The notes: a model not told the origin generated them from the sequence alone. Shown: positions 1 to 9,757, counted from the first letter of the stretch. The stretch is 64,000 bases of DNA from a virus (IMGVR_UViG_2600255075_000001:55584-119583), one strand, 5' to 3'. Translations and numbers: made by a program.

Positions 1-42
1 TTTAACATTAAACTACCTCCTTGGATATTATTCTTATGAAAT

Positions 43-294
43 TCAAGTTTTATCAGTTTTTAATAACTCAGCAAGTTTATAAATGTCTTCCTTGAGGAGG
101 ACCAACTCGCATAATTTCTTCTCCTTTTTATCTGCACCAAGGGTCATGACATTCGCAATAAAGTCTTTTTCATGCGAAGTATTTACAATTTCCATCCATC
201 TTGGGGATACTTCACAAATCAAAGCTTTTGCGCCCAGTTCATTCTTCTTTCTTTGATAAAAACCTACTGGAAATCTGATAATATTATCATCCAT
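43..294 (-). CDS. hypothetical protein
   Basis: ORF 43..315; ATG at 294 preceded by GGAGGG RBS. Confidence 0.7.
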   Translation of the reverse strand: MDDNIIRFPVGFYQRKKNELGAKALICEVSPRWMEIVNTSHEKDFIANVMTLGADKKEKKLCELVLLKEDIYKLAELLKTDKT

Positions 295-343
295 TTTAGG
301 CCCTCCTAACTCCAAAAAAATAAAACTAGTATTTTATTGGTTA

Positions 344-835
344 CTACCGTCTCTGAATTTCTTGCATTTTAACCTTACCAATAATAATCATTTCCTGAAA
401 TGCTCTTCCCTTTACTTGGACATCATCTTGAAACTTTCCCTTATCCCAAAAGAGTGCAATTTTCGCAAGTTGATATAATACATAATACTTCTTACAAACT
501 AAAAGACCAACGACTATTAATATATTGAAAAACAGTAGAACCGCTACCAATACTAAACTCGGAATACTTGTGGATATTGGAATATTTACAATAAACTGCT
601 GTAAAAAGCCTAGAGAGAGCGCAACTGTACCAGCAACTCCCGAAGCTTTTTGATCAAGGAGGTTAAGAAACAAACTTGGATTATAATTAAAAAATGTTCC
701 ACTTTCTTTACGAAGATCATCGAAGCTTTTTGAGAAAAATGCAAATCCTAAAAAAATTACACCAACAAGATCCATAATTAGGCCAAAAATAGACCAAATA
801 TTTGCAACAGTAAAATGACTCAAATCAACATTCAT
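344..835 (-). CDS. membrane protein, about 3 TM segments
   Basis: 163-aa ORF with hydrophobic stretches. Confidence 0.75.
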   Translation of the reverse strand: MNVDLSHFTVANIWSIFGLIMDLVGVIFLGFAFFSKSFDDLRKESGTFFNYNPSLFLNLLDQKASGVAGTVALSLGFLQQFIVNIPISTSIPSLVLVAVLLFFNILIVVGLLVCKKYYVLYQLAKIALFWDKGKFQDDVQVKGRAFQEMIIIGKVKMQEIQRR

Positions 836-879
836 TTTTTCCGATCCTTTTGATTTATTTTATTGTTGAAGCCAGTCTT

Positions 880-1029
880 TTATCCAATTTTTATGTAGGT
901 ACTCAGCGTCTCAGTAAGCCACCTTGTGCCACCAGTTAAAAGGCTGCTAAATACTCCTGGATTCTTGTAAAAGTACAAGCATGTTGTCAATCCAATAAAT
1001 CCCAAGATAATCTTATTTCGATTAGGCAT
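880..1029 (-). CDS. small membrane protein (49 aa), not in ORF track
   Basis: MPNRNKIILGFIGLTTCLYFYKNP..., GGAGGAG RBS; stop lies in degenerate repeat 866-883. Confidence 0.55.
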   Translation of the reverse strand: MPNRNKIILGFIGLTTCLYFYKNPGVFSSLLTGGTRWLTETLSTYIKIG

Positions 1030-1122
1030 TCTGTCTCCTCCGCTTCTTATGGGATGCCCTACAACTTATAATTCTTCAGAATCATAACCAATCATGCCAT
1101 CATTCCTCATAAAACCAATCCA

Positions 1123-1332
1123 TTATTTATTTTCAACATACTCATCGACGCGTTTTCTAAACTCTTCATTGTCTCTATATTCAAAACACGAAGAGACAAC
1201 CATTTGAATTATACTTTCCCTTGTCATCTCGCGAATCTTCTCGTCGGCCATAACTCCATCAGAAAAGGTTTTGGCATTGCTCAGCACTGAATCAAAGTCA
1301 TATCTAACTCTACTCACAAAACAACCCTCCAT
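1123..1332 (-). CDS. hypothetical protein
   Basis: 69-aa ORF between two junction repeats. Confidence 0.55.
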   Translation of the reverse strand: MEGCFVSRVRYDFDSVLSNAKTFSDGVMADEKIREMTRESIIQMVVSSCFEYRDNEEFRKRVDEYVENK

Positions 1333-1415
1333 CTAAAATCATAAAATCTCCATTTTATCTTCTTCTTTAGAGCTCTTTTTTAGCTTCCATCCACAAGTAA
1401 ATTATTTTTATATTC

Positions 1416-1898
1416 CTATCTGTTTCCCATCACTTGCCACGCAGCACTAGATGGTGTGTAAATTTTTTTATTATCCCCATCTCTGCACCACACAACAAAA
1501 TGCTCACAATTATTAAATACTAGATTATAGCCTGTTGTATACAATTTACTATATGCTTTTTGAATTGCCTCCTCCCGGCTGCAATTCAATGGGCTGTTTC
1601 TTATTTCAATTGCTTTCCCATTTTTAAAAGTCTCGATTGTATCCATTTGTATAATTCCTAAGCCATCTACCTTTGTGAAATGAATCACCATTCCATCACC
1701 TATATAGATTCCATGATGAATATATCCGCAAAAAACCGAAATGTGATCTCCTTTTACTATTTCAGGGTCCTTACCAAAGAATGCATGTATCGCTTTATAT
1801 GGCGCAGCCTGAGAGCTTTCAACAGCATTGATTGTTGTTCTTGTCACTCTTTCAATTGCTTCGCTCAGTAAGGTTAAAGTATACTTCAAGCAAAACAC
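1416..1898 (-). CDS. LRAT/NC-domain (permuted NlpC/P60) protein
   Basis: HHGIYIGDGMVIH and NNCEHF catalytic motifs. Confidence 0.85.
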   Translation of the reverse strand: MFCLKYTLTLLSEAIERVTRTTINAVESSQAAPYKAIHAFFGKDPEIVKGDHISVFCGYIHHGIYIGDGMVIHFTKVDGLGIIQMDTIETFKNGKAIEIRNSPLNCSREEAIQKAYSKLYTTGYNLVFNNCEHFVVWCRDGDNKKIYTPSSAAWQVMGNR

Positions 1899-1968
1899 CC
1901 CTTATAAAATCAGTTTTTTATTAGATTGTTTAGCACTGCGCTTCCGCGGTTATCAATATGTTAGTTTC

Positions 1969-2727
1969 TTATTTGTTTTTTATCCGGGAAATACTGATAC
2001 TCTCCTTAATCTCTTTCCAAACCTGCTCCATGACTATCTGTGGATGAACTGAATTAATTTCTTTCTCTTCATCACTTAAAGTTTGCTTGAACCTTAACCA
2101 CTGTTTACTGAGGTATGCCAATCTTAAGTCCCTGTTAGTGCATCCTCTAAATTCATCATCGTTTCGTAAATGTTCTATCCATTTTCCTTGAACTTTTTGC
2201 GTAATCTCTTCAGTATAAATTACTCTATTTTGTTCGAGTTTATTTATTTCTTCTATGCCAAACTTCTCTTCAATCAATTCGTCTAAAGAATAAAATAATT
2301 GAGAATCCCATATAGCACCCTCATCATTCAAGAAATGGTCAATGCTCATGTAATATGTACTTAATATGACAACCACTGAAACCTTATATGTTACATCCAC
2401 AGGTATATCTTCAATAACTTTATTGTACTCATCTACTATATTAGTAATTTTCAACTTCACTTCATTACCGCTTGTTTTATACAAATGATTCTTAATCAAA
2501 TCCTCGTATGAAATAAGTGAACTTTGAACTTCATCCATTGTGAGTTTTGATTCAGTGATAAATACTGGGTAGTTTCCCCTTTTTGCTAAAAGAAATAATT
2601 TAAGGAAATTTTCCTTAGAGCTACTAATAGAAATATTAACTCTTTCGATTTCATCAGGGTCTAATTCATTGATAAAATATATTATCTCATTTTCATTTGC
2701 AAATTTAATAATATCTTCTAAAAACAT
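1969..2727 (-). CDS. hypothetical protein (252 aa, acidic)
   Basis: Long ORF with GAGGGA RBS. Confidence 0.75.
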   Translation of the reverse strand: MFLEDIIKFANENEIIYFINELDPDEIERVNISISSSKENFLKLFLLAKRGNYPVFITESKLTMDEVQSSLISYEDLIKNHLYKTSGNEVKLKITNIVDEYNKVIEDIPVDVTYKVSVVVILSTYYMSIDHFLNDEGAIWDSQLFYSLDELIEEKFGIEEINKLEQNRVIYTEEITQKVQGKWIEHLRNDDEFRGCTNRDLRLAYLSKQWLRFKQTLSDEEKEINSVHPQIVMEQVWKEIKESISISRIKNK

Positions 2728-2752
2728 ATTCCCTCTCTCTTTCTTGATGAAA

Positions 2753-3280
2753 TCAGACTTTTATTTGCTCGGCCAACTCTTTAAATTTCAGTAATAATTC
2801 TCTTGAATGCTCTAGTTGTTCTTCTAAAACGCCGTTGCTGCCTTCGATTTTAAAATGAAGTCCATTTATAATCCAATCAATCGACACACCATAGATAGAA
2901 GCAAGTTTAGATATGGTCAATAAATCGGGCTCACTAACATTGTTTTCATATCCGCTTATGGTTTTGTTATTTATACCTGAGAGCTGGGAAACCTCTCTTT
3001 GAGACAGTCCTTTAAGTTCTCTAGATTTTTTAAGTCTAAGTGATATTTCCTCTTTCTTAGGTGCCACTATTTTTTCTTCTTTTAATTGACGGCCAAACAA
3101 ATAATCTAGCGTAACATTGTAGAAATCAGCTACTTTAATTATAAATTTAAAATCAGGCTCTCTAATATCGTTTTCGTATCCTTAATACGTAGTACGAGCG
3201 ATATTCAAAGTTTTTGCAAGATCGCCCTGTGATAAACGTATTGATTCTCTTAAATATCGAAGTCTTTCGCCAATCGACAT
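2753..3280 (-). pseudogene. tandem two-domain XRE HTH regulator with in-frame TAA at 3182-3184
   Basis: ATG 3280 MSIGERLRYLRESIRLSQGDLAKTLNIARTTY*GYENDIREPD... continues in frame into ORF 2753..3100, which holds a second HTH. Confidence 0.8.
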
Positions 3281-3313
3281 GTATTCACCTAATCTAAAAG
3301 AATATTATTTTAT

Positions 3314-3484
3314 TCACTCATCAACTTCAATCAACAACCCTACAGTTACACTGATCGTTTCACCGGCATCAAATTCTACGTAGGCTGCGTCAGTTTCTGA
3401 AGTGAATCCATCAAATTCGTACTGAAGGAAAAAGCCAGTTCCTAATCCAATATGTCTCACTCGATCTCCACGATGAAATATCAA
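3314..3484 (-). CDS. 56-aa protein, possible Tudor/SH3-like fold; not in ORF track
   Basis: TTG start, IFHRGDRVRHIGLGTG pattern, GGGG RBS-like sequence upstream. Confidence 0.5.
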   Translation of the reverse strand: MIFHRGDRVRHIGLGTGFFLQYEFDGFTSETDAAYVEFDAGETISVTVGLLIEVDE

Positions 3485-3588
3485 AAAGACCAGCCCCTAT
3501 GTAGTTTGAAAACTGTTATATACATTATAATACGTTTCCAATATCTAGTATATCATATAATAATAAATTATATTCTTATACTTTTATT

Positions 3589-3771
3589 TTAATTATTTTC
3601 CCAAACTACCTCTTTAGTTACATTGTCAATTATCCTGTAACCGACTGGACAAAATAGTTTGAGTGCTTCGAGATCTTCGCTATCTTTTATTCGCTGCCAG
3701 TATTCGATTCCTGCTTTATCATCCCGTCCGTCATAGCGTTGCAGACAGTATCTCTTCACTTCGTTTTCCAT
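3589..3771 (-). CDS. hypothetical protein
   Basis: 60-aa ORF, AAGGAG RBS. Confidence 0.6.
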   Translation of the reverse strand: MENEVKRYCLQRYDGRDDKAGIEYWQRIKDSEDLEALKLFCPVGYRIIDNVTKEVVWENN

Positions 3772-3778
3772 CTCCTTA

Positions 3779-4084
3779 TCAAGCAGTTTGGAGCGCTAGA
3801 TACTTTTGCATAGATAATTCGGTTACCTGGTCTAAGAACCATTTCTCTTCAACAGGATTCAACTCTCGTGGTGTTATATAGGTGTCGCTGTTATTGCAAT
3901 AAATATCCGTGCGCCATCCGTTACCCTGTTGCTTAAAAGTAAAGGTGAGATCTCCCCATATTAAGTCTTTCTCATTTAGGACTTTAACTGCTTCCTCTTC
4001 CGTCAAACCATCGTTTTGCTTCACGAGAAGGTTTTTAAAATATTCATACTCTAAAAATCTTCTTTTTATCATTATTAACACCAT
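3779..4084 (-). CDS. hypothetical protein
   Basis: 101-aa ORF in operon context. Confidence 0.6.
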   Translation of the reverse strand: MVLIMIKRRFLEYEYFKNLLVKQNDGLTEEEAVKVLNEKDLIWGDLTFTFKQQGNGWRTDIYCNNSDTYITPRELNPVEEKWFLDQVTELSMQKYLALQTA

Positions 4085-4101
4085 CCTATATATTTTTGTT
4101 T

Positions 4102-4353
4102 TTAAGAATTGTCTTCTTCAAGTACTTGATTGCACACTTCTACGCATTCATTACAAATAACAACTCGTCTGGCAGCAATCATTTTATTTAATTCGCTTTG
4201 AAACTTACCACAAAAATCGCATTGCAACTCATTCTCGATACTTGGGAAAACAAGAAGTTCATCATACTTTTTAGCTTTTCTCATAATCTCATGCATCGCC
4301 TTAACACCTATATTCGATTCGCTCATACCCAATCTCTCCCTTATATAATTCAC
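4102..4353 (-). CDS. ClpX C4-type zinc finger protein
   Basis: CDFCGK..L.KMIA....ICNECVEVC motif; true start may be the second Met. Confidence 0.8.
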   Translation of the reverse strand: MNYIRERLGMSESNIGVKAMHEIMRKAKKYDELLVFPSIENELQCDFCGKFQSELNKMIAARRVVICNECVEVCNQVLEEDNS

Positions 4354-4553
4354 TTTTTATCGTCCATTTGCTCTTGTTTCAAATATTCGGCTGCAGGCGT
4401 CCCATTGCTCCAATCATAATTCTCAAGAAAATCAAATTGCGATTTACAGTGCCATCCATTCTCAAACATTTGTCTGTGATGCCTTTCTCTTTCTTCTACA
4501 TCATCATATTTATATAATTCCCGTTTGATTATAGACTCATGATATTTAATCAT
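4350..4553 (-). CDS. hypothetical protein
   Basis: 67-aa ORF, GGAGGG RBS. Confidence 0.65.
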   Translation of the reverse strand: MIKYHESIIKRELYKYDDVEERERHHRQMFENGWHCKSQFDFLENYDWSNGTPAAEYLKQEQMDDKK

Positions 4554-4592
4554 TATTTTGTAGTTCCCTCCTTATGAAATCTGCTTTTTTTG

Positions 4593-4898
4593 CTATTTAG
4601 GTTGAACAAGCATTCCACCACATTCAGGCTCTTCGCCTTCAAGCCATCCTATAATGCGCTCAAACATCGATCTATAACTACCCCTAAAATCAAAAAGTAC
4701 ATCATCAAATCCAATACTAAAACAACGGCCATCTCTCAAATCCCAATTCGGACAAACATATTTGATATGCCTACAAATTCTGTTTCGATTTTTACTAAGT
4801 CTACCGAACCTGTGACTGTCCCATATTTTACTCATAATTATTTTGTATTCATCAACTGTTAGCGATTCGCTACAGATTACTTCTGGAATATTACCCAT
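4593..4898 (-). CDS. hypothetical protein
   Basis: 101-aa ORF, AAAGGA RBS. Confidence 0.6.
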   Translation of the reverse strand: MGNIPEVICSESLTVDEYKIIMSKIWDSHRFGRLSKNRNRICRHIKYVCPNWDLRDGRCFSIGFDDVLFDFRGSYRSMFERIIGWLEGEEPECGGMLVQPK

Positions 4899-4970
4899 GA
4901 TTATTGATCGTCCTTTCGTTTTTGTGAATGAAATTGCTTTTTCATTTCTCGTTGCTTCTTCTAGTCTATT

Positions 4971-5276
4971 CTATTTGTTTGTAACCTTAATAATGATTTG
5001 CTGCGACTCAAGGATGATACTTAGTTCTGTCTTGCCATAACCCGAACTAATGGACACTCTCTTGTCACTCTCATCTAATCCAAAGTATTCAGTTATTTTA
5101 TTTTTACTATTATTGATTGACTCAAGATCGCTTGTTAAGTTAGGGAATGTTAATGATACAGTCATTGCTGAATCGCTGCCACATGAGACAAATGACCAAA
5201 CTGAGCCGGTTCCTTTATTGATCTCGTCTAGTAGATTTGAAAGTTTGCCAAGCTGGAATATTGATGGAGTTTGCAT
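4971..5276 (-). CDS. hypothetical protein
   Basis: 101-aa ORF, AAAGGAG RBS. Confidence 0.65.
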   Translation of the reverse strand: MQTPSIFQLGKLSNLLDEINKGTGSVWSFVSCGSDSAMTVSLTFPNLTSDLESINNSKNKITEYFGLDESDKRVSISSGYGKTELSIILESQQIIIKVTNK

Positions 5277-5347
5277 TTATATGTCTCCTTTCGGTTCGCC
5301 GATTATTTAAAAGCTCCGTAACAATTAGGTTGGGCTGTTATATCAAT

Positions 5348-5704
5348 TTATAGTTCACTACCATCCCACGGATAACAATTGGTATTATTTATGATTTGAG
5401 GCTTTACCCCAAAGTAATGGTACTCTGGCTCCAACTCTTCGTCTTCATAAGCTGCGGCCCACTCCGAAGCGATATTACTTGGATTGCTCGTTTCGACCAA
5501 CTTAATTTCAACGGTTCCTACATCTAACAGATGATCGCCACTACTGCACTTAGGACATTTAATACCATTTCCATTTGAATCAACTATGTTACATGAAAAA
5601 TGTAAACTACATTCAATACAGTACTGCAGTTCATCGTAGAATATGTGACCAATGATCTTCTCATCATAGTGCTGGATAATTCGTATAGGCATTAGTTTCC
5701 CCAT
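5348..5704 (-). CDS. zinc-ribbon protein
   Basis: CIEC...CPKC motifs, GGGGG RBS. Confidence 0.65.
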   Translation of the reverse strand: MGKLMPIRIIQHYDEKIIGHIFYDELQYCIECSLHFSCNIVDSNGNGIKCPKCSSGDHLLDVGTVEIKLVETSNPSNIASEWAAAYEDEELEPEYHYFGVKPQIINNTNCYPWDGSEL

Positions 5705-5737
5705 ATAATCCCCCCTGTTGAATTTACTTTTTAATAT

Positions 5738-6001
5738 TTATTTATGCTCACCCAGTCGCAATCTTTGTTCTAAACATTTGCTCTGTTTTGAGTCAAAATC
5801 CTCAGCGCGCGCGCGATCTAAAATGATTTCTAGAGAATCCATCGCAGCCGAGAAGCCCTTCTTTTCTTTAGGTAAATTGCATTGCAGCTTATTGATTGCC
5901 ATTCTTTGCAATTCAGACTCTAGAGTACTCGGTAAACATGATACCCATACCTTACATTGAAAGTCTTCCCCTAGATTGAGAGTTACCCATTTACCATACA
6001 T
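5738..6001 (-). CDS. hypothetical protein
   Basis: 87-aa ORF, GGAGG RBS. Confidence 0.65.
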   Translation of the reverse strand: MYGKWVTLNLGEDFQCKVWVSCLPSTLESELQRMAINKLQCNLPKEKKGFSAAMDSLEIILDRARAEDFDSKQSKCLEQRLRLGEHK

Positions 6002-6041
6002 TTCAGTTCATCCTCCCTCCTATAAAATCGCTCTTTTATTG

Positions 6042-6605
6042 TTAAGTCAGGCAAGCCATAGACTTAGCGATAATCCTCTTGTCTGATTCTATTTGCTTCA
6101 TCACTAGTTCCTGTTCTTCAAATTCAATTTTGATTTCAGCCATTCTTTGTTCGATTTCCTTCTTAACTTTAATAGATCTTGTTTTATATAATTTAAGATT
6201 TAAATTAGCTAACTCTATATCATTGTATAATTTTGTTTCTTTTATTTTCTTATACAATGTATTTTCTAGCTTTGTTAACCTTCTTATTTCAGATTGATAG
6301 AGTTTCACTAATTTATCATGGAGAGGATTCTTTTTATCTAAATCTGGAATATGTCCTCTTTTATATTCTATTACCGTTATTACTGTAGTAAGGTCTTGTG
6401 AAAGAATAATTCCCTTTTTCCCAGAAGCGAACAGATGACTTCTGTTACCTTTATCGCAAGTAATTTCTCCTATGTATGTACCCGCCCTAATAATTGACTT
6501 ACACATATTAATAATGTCGGCTTCATTCAACATCTTAAATCTTTCTTTTGCTCGTTGTATTGCATGAGGAGTAAAATCCAAAGCTTTTAAATTCACTTTG
6601 ATCAT
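6042..6605 (-). CDS. hypothetical protein, N-terminal DUF4258/RelE-like motif plus coiled coil
   Basis: FTPHAIQRAKERF ... TTVITV pattern. Confidence 0.6.
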   Translation of the reverse strand: MIKVNLKALDFTPHAIQRAKERFKMLNEADIINMCKSIIRAGTYIGEITCDKGNRSHLFASGKKGIILSQDLTTVITVIEYKRGHIPDLDKKNPLHDKLVKLYQSEIRRLTKLENTLYKKIKETKLYNDIELANLNLKLYKTRSIKVKKEIEQRMAEIKIEFEEQELVMKQIESDKRIIAKSMACLT

Positions 6606-6826
6606 TCTTTCCCCTCCGGGACCAATTGATATTTATTTATAATTTCAATAGCTTTATTTTTAAAATTCTCACCTATATAAACTGTTTGCCAGCTATTACT
6701 TAACCCGATTAGATTTTCTTTTTTCAATTTTCTTAGAACGTCAGTATCGTAACCCCTCCAGCTTTCATTTCCACTTGCTGTTAAATGAATAAGTACAACA
6801 GTTAGATCTTCAATTAATTGATCCAT
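6602..6826 (-). CDS. small hypothetical protein (DUF6429-like)
   Basis: SWRGYD.DVL..L pattern, GAGGTG RBS. Confidence 0.55.
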   Translation of the reverse strand: MDQLIEDLTVVLIHLTASGNESWRGYDTDVLRKLKKENLIGLSNSWQTVYIGENFKNKAIEIINKYQLVPEGKE

Positions 6827-6845
6827 TTTTCACCTCATAAAAGAC

Positions 6846-7106
6846 TTATTTCATCGTAATTGCTTCGACAATTAACCGACATGAATTATCATAATGTGCT
6901 TGGGCTAATTCCTTGCTTTTCTCTAAAGTGTGAACGTCTCTTCCAATATCTTTACCATCGAACCAGATCATATAAGTGTCATTATTTCCTTTAGAAATGA
7001 GATAATGACTTTTCTTAATTCCGAAGTCAACCCATGACTCGTGTTTATGAATCGAAGTTGATTTAAATTCCAATTTTTTAAACATAATAATTCGTCTCCT
7101 ATTCAT
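6846..7106 (-). CDS. hypothetical protein
   Basis: ORF bounded by repeats at 6837 and 7114. Confidence 0.6.
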   Translation of the reverse strand: MNRRRIIMFKKLEFKSTSIHKHESWVDFGIKKSHYLISKGNNDTYMIWFDGKDIGRDVHTLEKSKELAQAHYDNSCRLIVEAITMK

Positions 7107-7135
7107 ATTCTGAATGAAATACTTCTTTCATTTGG

Positions 7136-7480
7136 CTATATTACTTTCCGATATTGATATCCTGTAGGTGAATTGCCCACATATTCAAAACAAAACTTTC
7201 GGTTAGCCAAATTAATCTCTGTTACTGCACCTTTTTGGAATCCAGATGATTTAAGTTGTTCTATGAAATTTGGATTATGAATTATATCTGGATCGCTCTT
7301 ATCATCAATAACAATTTCAAAACGTTTCAGTTGATCTGGAAGTTCATTTACTTCTTCCCAATAGTCAAGTGCAATCAATGCTCCATTTCCAATTCCTGCT
7401 TCATTGCAAGCATTCGCAATATTTGTGCCGATTACATACTCTTCCTTGTCAAATCTCCAGACTAACTTATATATTTTCAT
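7136..7480 (-). CDS. hypothetical protein
   Basis: 114 aa, GAGGAGG RBS, bounded by repeats at 7114 and 7507. Confidence 0.7.
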   Translation of the reverse strand: MKIYKLVWRFDKEEYVIGTNIANACNEAGIGNGALIALDYWEEVNELPDQLKRFEIVIDDKSDPDIIHNPNFIEQLKSSGFQKGAVTEINLANRKFCFEYVGNSPTGYQYRKVI

Positions 7481-7520
7481 TTACTACTCCTCCTCTGAAT
7501 AAGCCGATAAAAGAATCCTT

Positions 7521-7727
7521 TCATCGTATTACATTAATTCCAAAATCATTTATCCATTCCAAATATCCAGAAGATGCTTCTTGTGCATAGATTAAGTTAC
7601 ATTTTGTTCCCTTCACATCTAAGTAAGTCTTAGCCTTGTTTTCGGCCTCTTGCTTTGTTAAAGCTTCCACAGGCATTGCAGCTCCATCATATCCAACATG
7701 CCAAATCACATTGAAACATCTCCCCAT
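7521..7727 (-). CDS. hypothetical protein
   Basis: 68-aa ORF whose start and stop codons overlap repeats at 7726 and 7507. Confidence 0.5.
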   Translation of the reverse strand: MGRCFNVIWHVGYDGAAMPVEALTKQEAENKAKTYLDVKGTKCNLIYAQEASSGYLEWINDFGINVIR

Positions 7728-7830
7728 GAAATAATCTTTTCATCGTATTAAATTCTGATTTTGCTCTTGAGTCCTAGCGAAACGTAATATAGGTGTATGC
7801 TCTTACATTTTTAAAGAAATCATTTGATTA

Positions 7831-8346
7831 TTAAACGATCAAGTAAGCCCAAACGACGTATAACAAATACACAAATAAAGGATGTGCCAGTATTGTAATT
7901 ACCTGAGCTAACCTGTTTTCCTTTATTAGCTTCTCAATTCTTAACACTTCGTGATGCAATCCTGTCTTTCTGCAATATTCAATTGCATAGTTATTTGCAT
8001 CCATCTCTTTTCTATTGAATGAGTAATAGATTAAATATAAAGCGCGCGCTAGTTTTTTTAATATCCATGGCTTATTACTGCTACTACGAAATGTGTAATT
8101 CTCTTTATTTCTATTCTTATACTGCCAGCTATGTCGCATCTCATGAGCAAGAATTCCAATGTTATTTGTGTCTGCAACAGCTACAAACTCGGGGTTTTCT
8201 TCCCAAACATGTGCCCCTAAAAATAACGAACCATATTTTTTAGTTTTTTCTTTTGCCTCTTCTCCAAAGAAGACTAAGGGATCGACATTCAGTTCTCGTT
8301 TTAGGTTTTCAGTATGAGCGTAAAAAAGCGTTTTCTCATCTACCAT
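7831..8346 (-). CDS. HExxH zincin-like protein with C-terminal TM (DUF3920-like)
   Basis: LAHEMRHSWQ and E.DAN.YA motifs, hydrophobic C-terminus. Confidence 0.7.
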   Translation of the reverse strand: MVDEKTLFYAHTENLKRELNVDPLVFFGEEAKEKTKKYGSLFLGAHVWEENPEFVAVADTNNIGILAHEMRHSWQYKNRNKENYTFRSSSNKPWILKKLARALYLIYYSFNRKEMDANNYAIEYCRKTGLHHEVLRIEKLIKENRLAQVITILAHPLFVYLLYVVWAYLIV

Positions 8347-8472
8347 GTAACTATCTCCCTATGTATAATCGTTTATTTTTACAGAACAGACATTGCTCTT
8401 CACCAAGTACTTAAAGCATATTTCTTCTTCTTTATACAAGTCAATTCTTGTATAAAATATTCATTTCATTTT

Positions 8473-8736
8473 TTAATGTCTATTAATACCATACTCATTA
8501 ACCAACCGGCAAATGTGAGATTTTTTAATTGCAATGATTTCATCTTCAGATAGTTCTTTAAAAAAATCTTCGTATGTAAATTCGGGAAACATCTTTTTCA
8601 ATTGAGAAATCCGTTTTTCCGGAATAACCCCTGTCTTTAGCCAAATAGATATATTCGCCCTGTTAATTCCTATACTATTAGCAATATCTGAATAAGTTTT
8701 TCCATAAAGATTACAAGCCAATCTTAAACCGTTCAA
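8473..8736 (-). CDS. Cro/XRE-like HTH protein
   Basis: TYSDIANSIGINRANISIW HTH. Confidence 0.75.
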   Translation of the reverse strand: MNGLRLACNLYGKTYSDIANSIGINRANISIWLKTGVIPEKRISQLKKMFPEFTYEDFFKELSEDEIIAIKKSHICRLVNEYGINRH

Positions 8737-8920
8737 TAATTTTCACGCTCCTATAAGTTGAGCAATTTGATAAAAGGATCATTTTATTGCTTAAAACACT
8801 CTAATTATTTGTTCGGTTTTCTTTTTTAAATACTCAATCTCTTTTGACTGCGATTTAATCAGTGCTAACATTCCAGTAATTACTGGATCATTTCTATAGT
8901 GTCTATCATCGATTAGTTTT

Positions 8921-9133
8921 TCAAGTTCTTTTATTTTCAACGTCGCCCACTCCTTCTAACTCATCGAGTATATATTGATAAGCTGCTACTTTACCCTCCC
9001 AATAACCTAAACTATAGCCCCCAAAATAATTATGAGTTTGTTCTGGATTTTCTCCATGTTCATTTTTATAGGTGAAAGCTCTTCGTTTAGCATAAGTTAT
9101 CCTCTTTGCTAAAAAATCTCTAATGTCTTGCAT
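8921..9133 (-). CDS. hypothetical protein
   Basis: 70 aa, AGGAGG RBS. Confidence 0.65.
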   Translation of the reverse strand: MQDIRDFLAKRITYAKRRAFTYKNEHGENPEQTHNYFGGYSLGYWEGKVAAYQYILDELEGVGDVENKRT

Positions 9134-9191
9134 TTATCCGAATTCCTCCTAGATAAATAAAATATAGTTTTATCGTATATCATACATATAT

Positions 9192-9220
9192 ATTATATTC
9201 TTTTATTATATTAACGTCAA
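9192..9220 (-). promoter_or_regulatory. sigma-A-type early promoter
   Basis: TTGACG-N17-TATAAT on minus strand. Confidence 0.75.
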
Positions 9221-9349
9221 TCCTTTTTCACTTAAAAAGCCTAATTAGTTTTTACACTAATTAGGCCTATGTACCGGTAGACATTCTGGATCAAATCCTT
9301 TACATTCACAATTGCAATCCATAATGTATTATTTTATTATCAAAGAACG

Positions 9350-9757
9350 TTAATTAAACATGTCAGCACAACTTATTTTATGAGCCTGCGTAACTTTCTG
9401 CATTACATCGCTACTCAACTCGGCTACTTTGTTTATTAGCCTTGATTTGTCAACCGTTCTGACCTGCTCTAACATAACAACAGAATCCAAGAGTACTCCA
9501 TCTACACCCCCTTCTAAGACAACATGTGTAGGCAGTTTTGCTTTTTGGATTTGAGACGAAATAGCTGCTACAATTACAGTAGTTCCAAACTTGTTACCCT
9601 TTTGATTACTGATGATTACGCAAGGTCTAATGCCTCCTTGCTCAGATCCCACGTTTCCATCAAGCCTAACAGTCCAAACTTCTCCCCTATTCACTTCTAC
9701 TTTCTGTGTCATTCTATTCACATCGCTATACTTCCGTTCTAATACTGCAGCCATCAA
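9350..9757 (-). CDS. mazF: PemK/MazF-family endoribonuclease (no adjacent antitoxin)
   Basis: RGEVW.V.L....GSEQGGIRPCVIISN ... LEQVRTVDKSRL signature. Confidence 0.9.
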   Translation of the reverse strand: MMAAVLERKYSDVNRMTQKVEVNRGEVWTVRLDGNVGSEQGGIRPCVIISNQKGNKFGTTVIVAAISSQIQKAKLPTHVVLEGGVDGVLLDSVVMLEQVRTVDKSRLINKVAELSSDVMQKVTQAHKISCADMFN

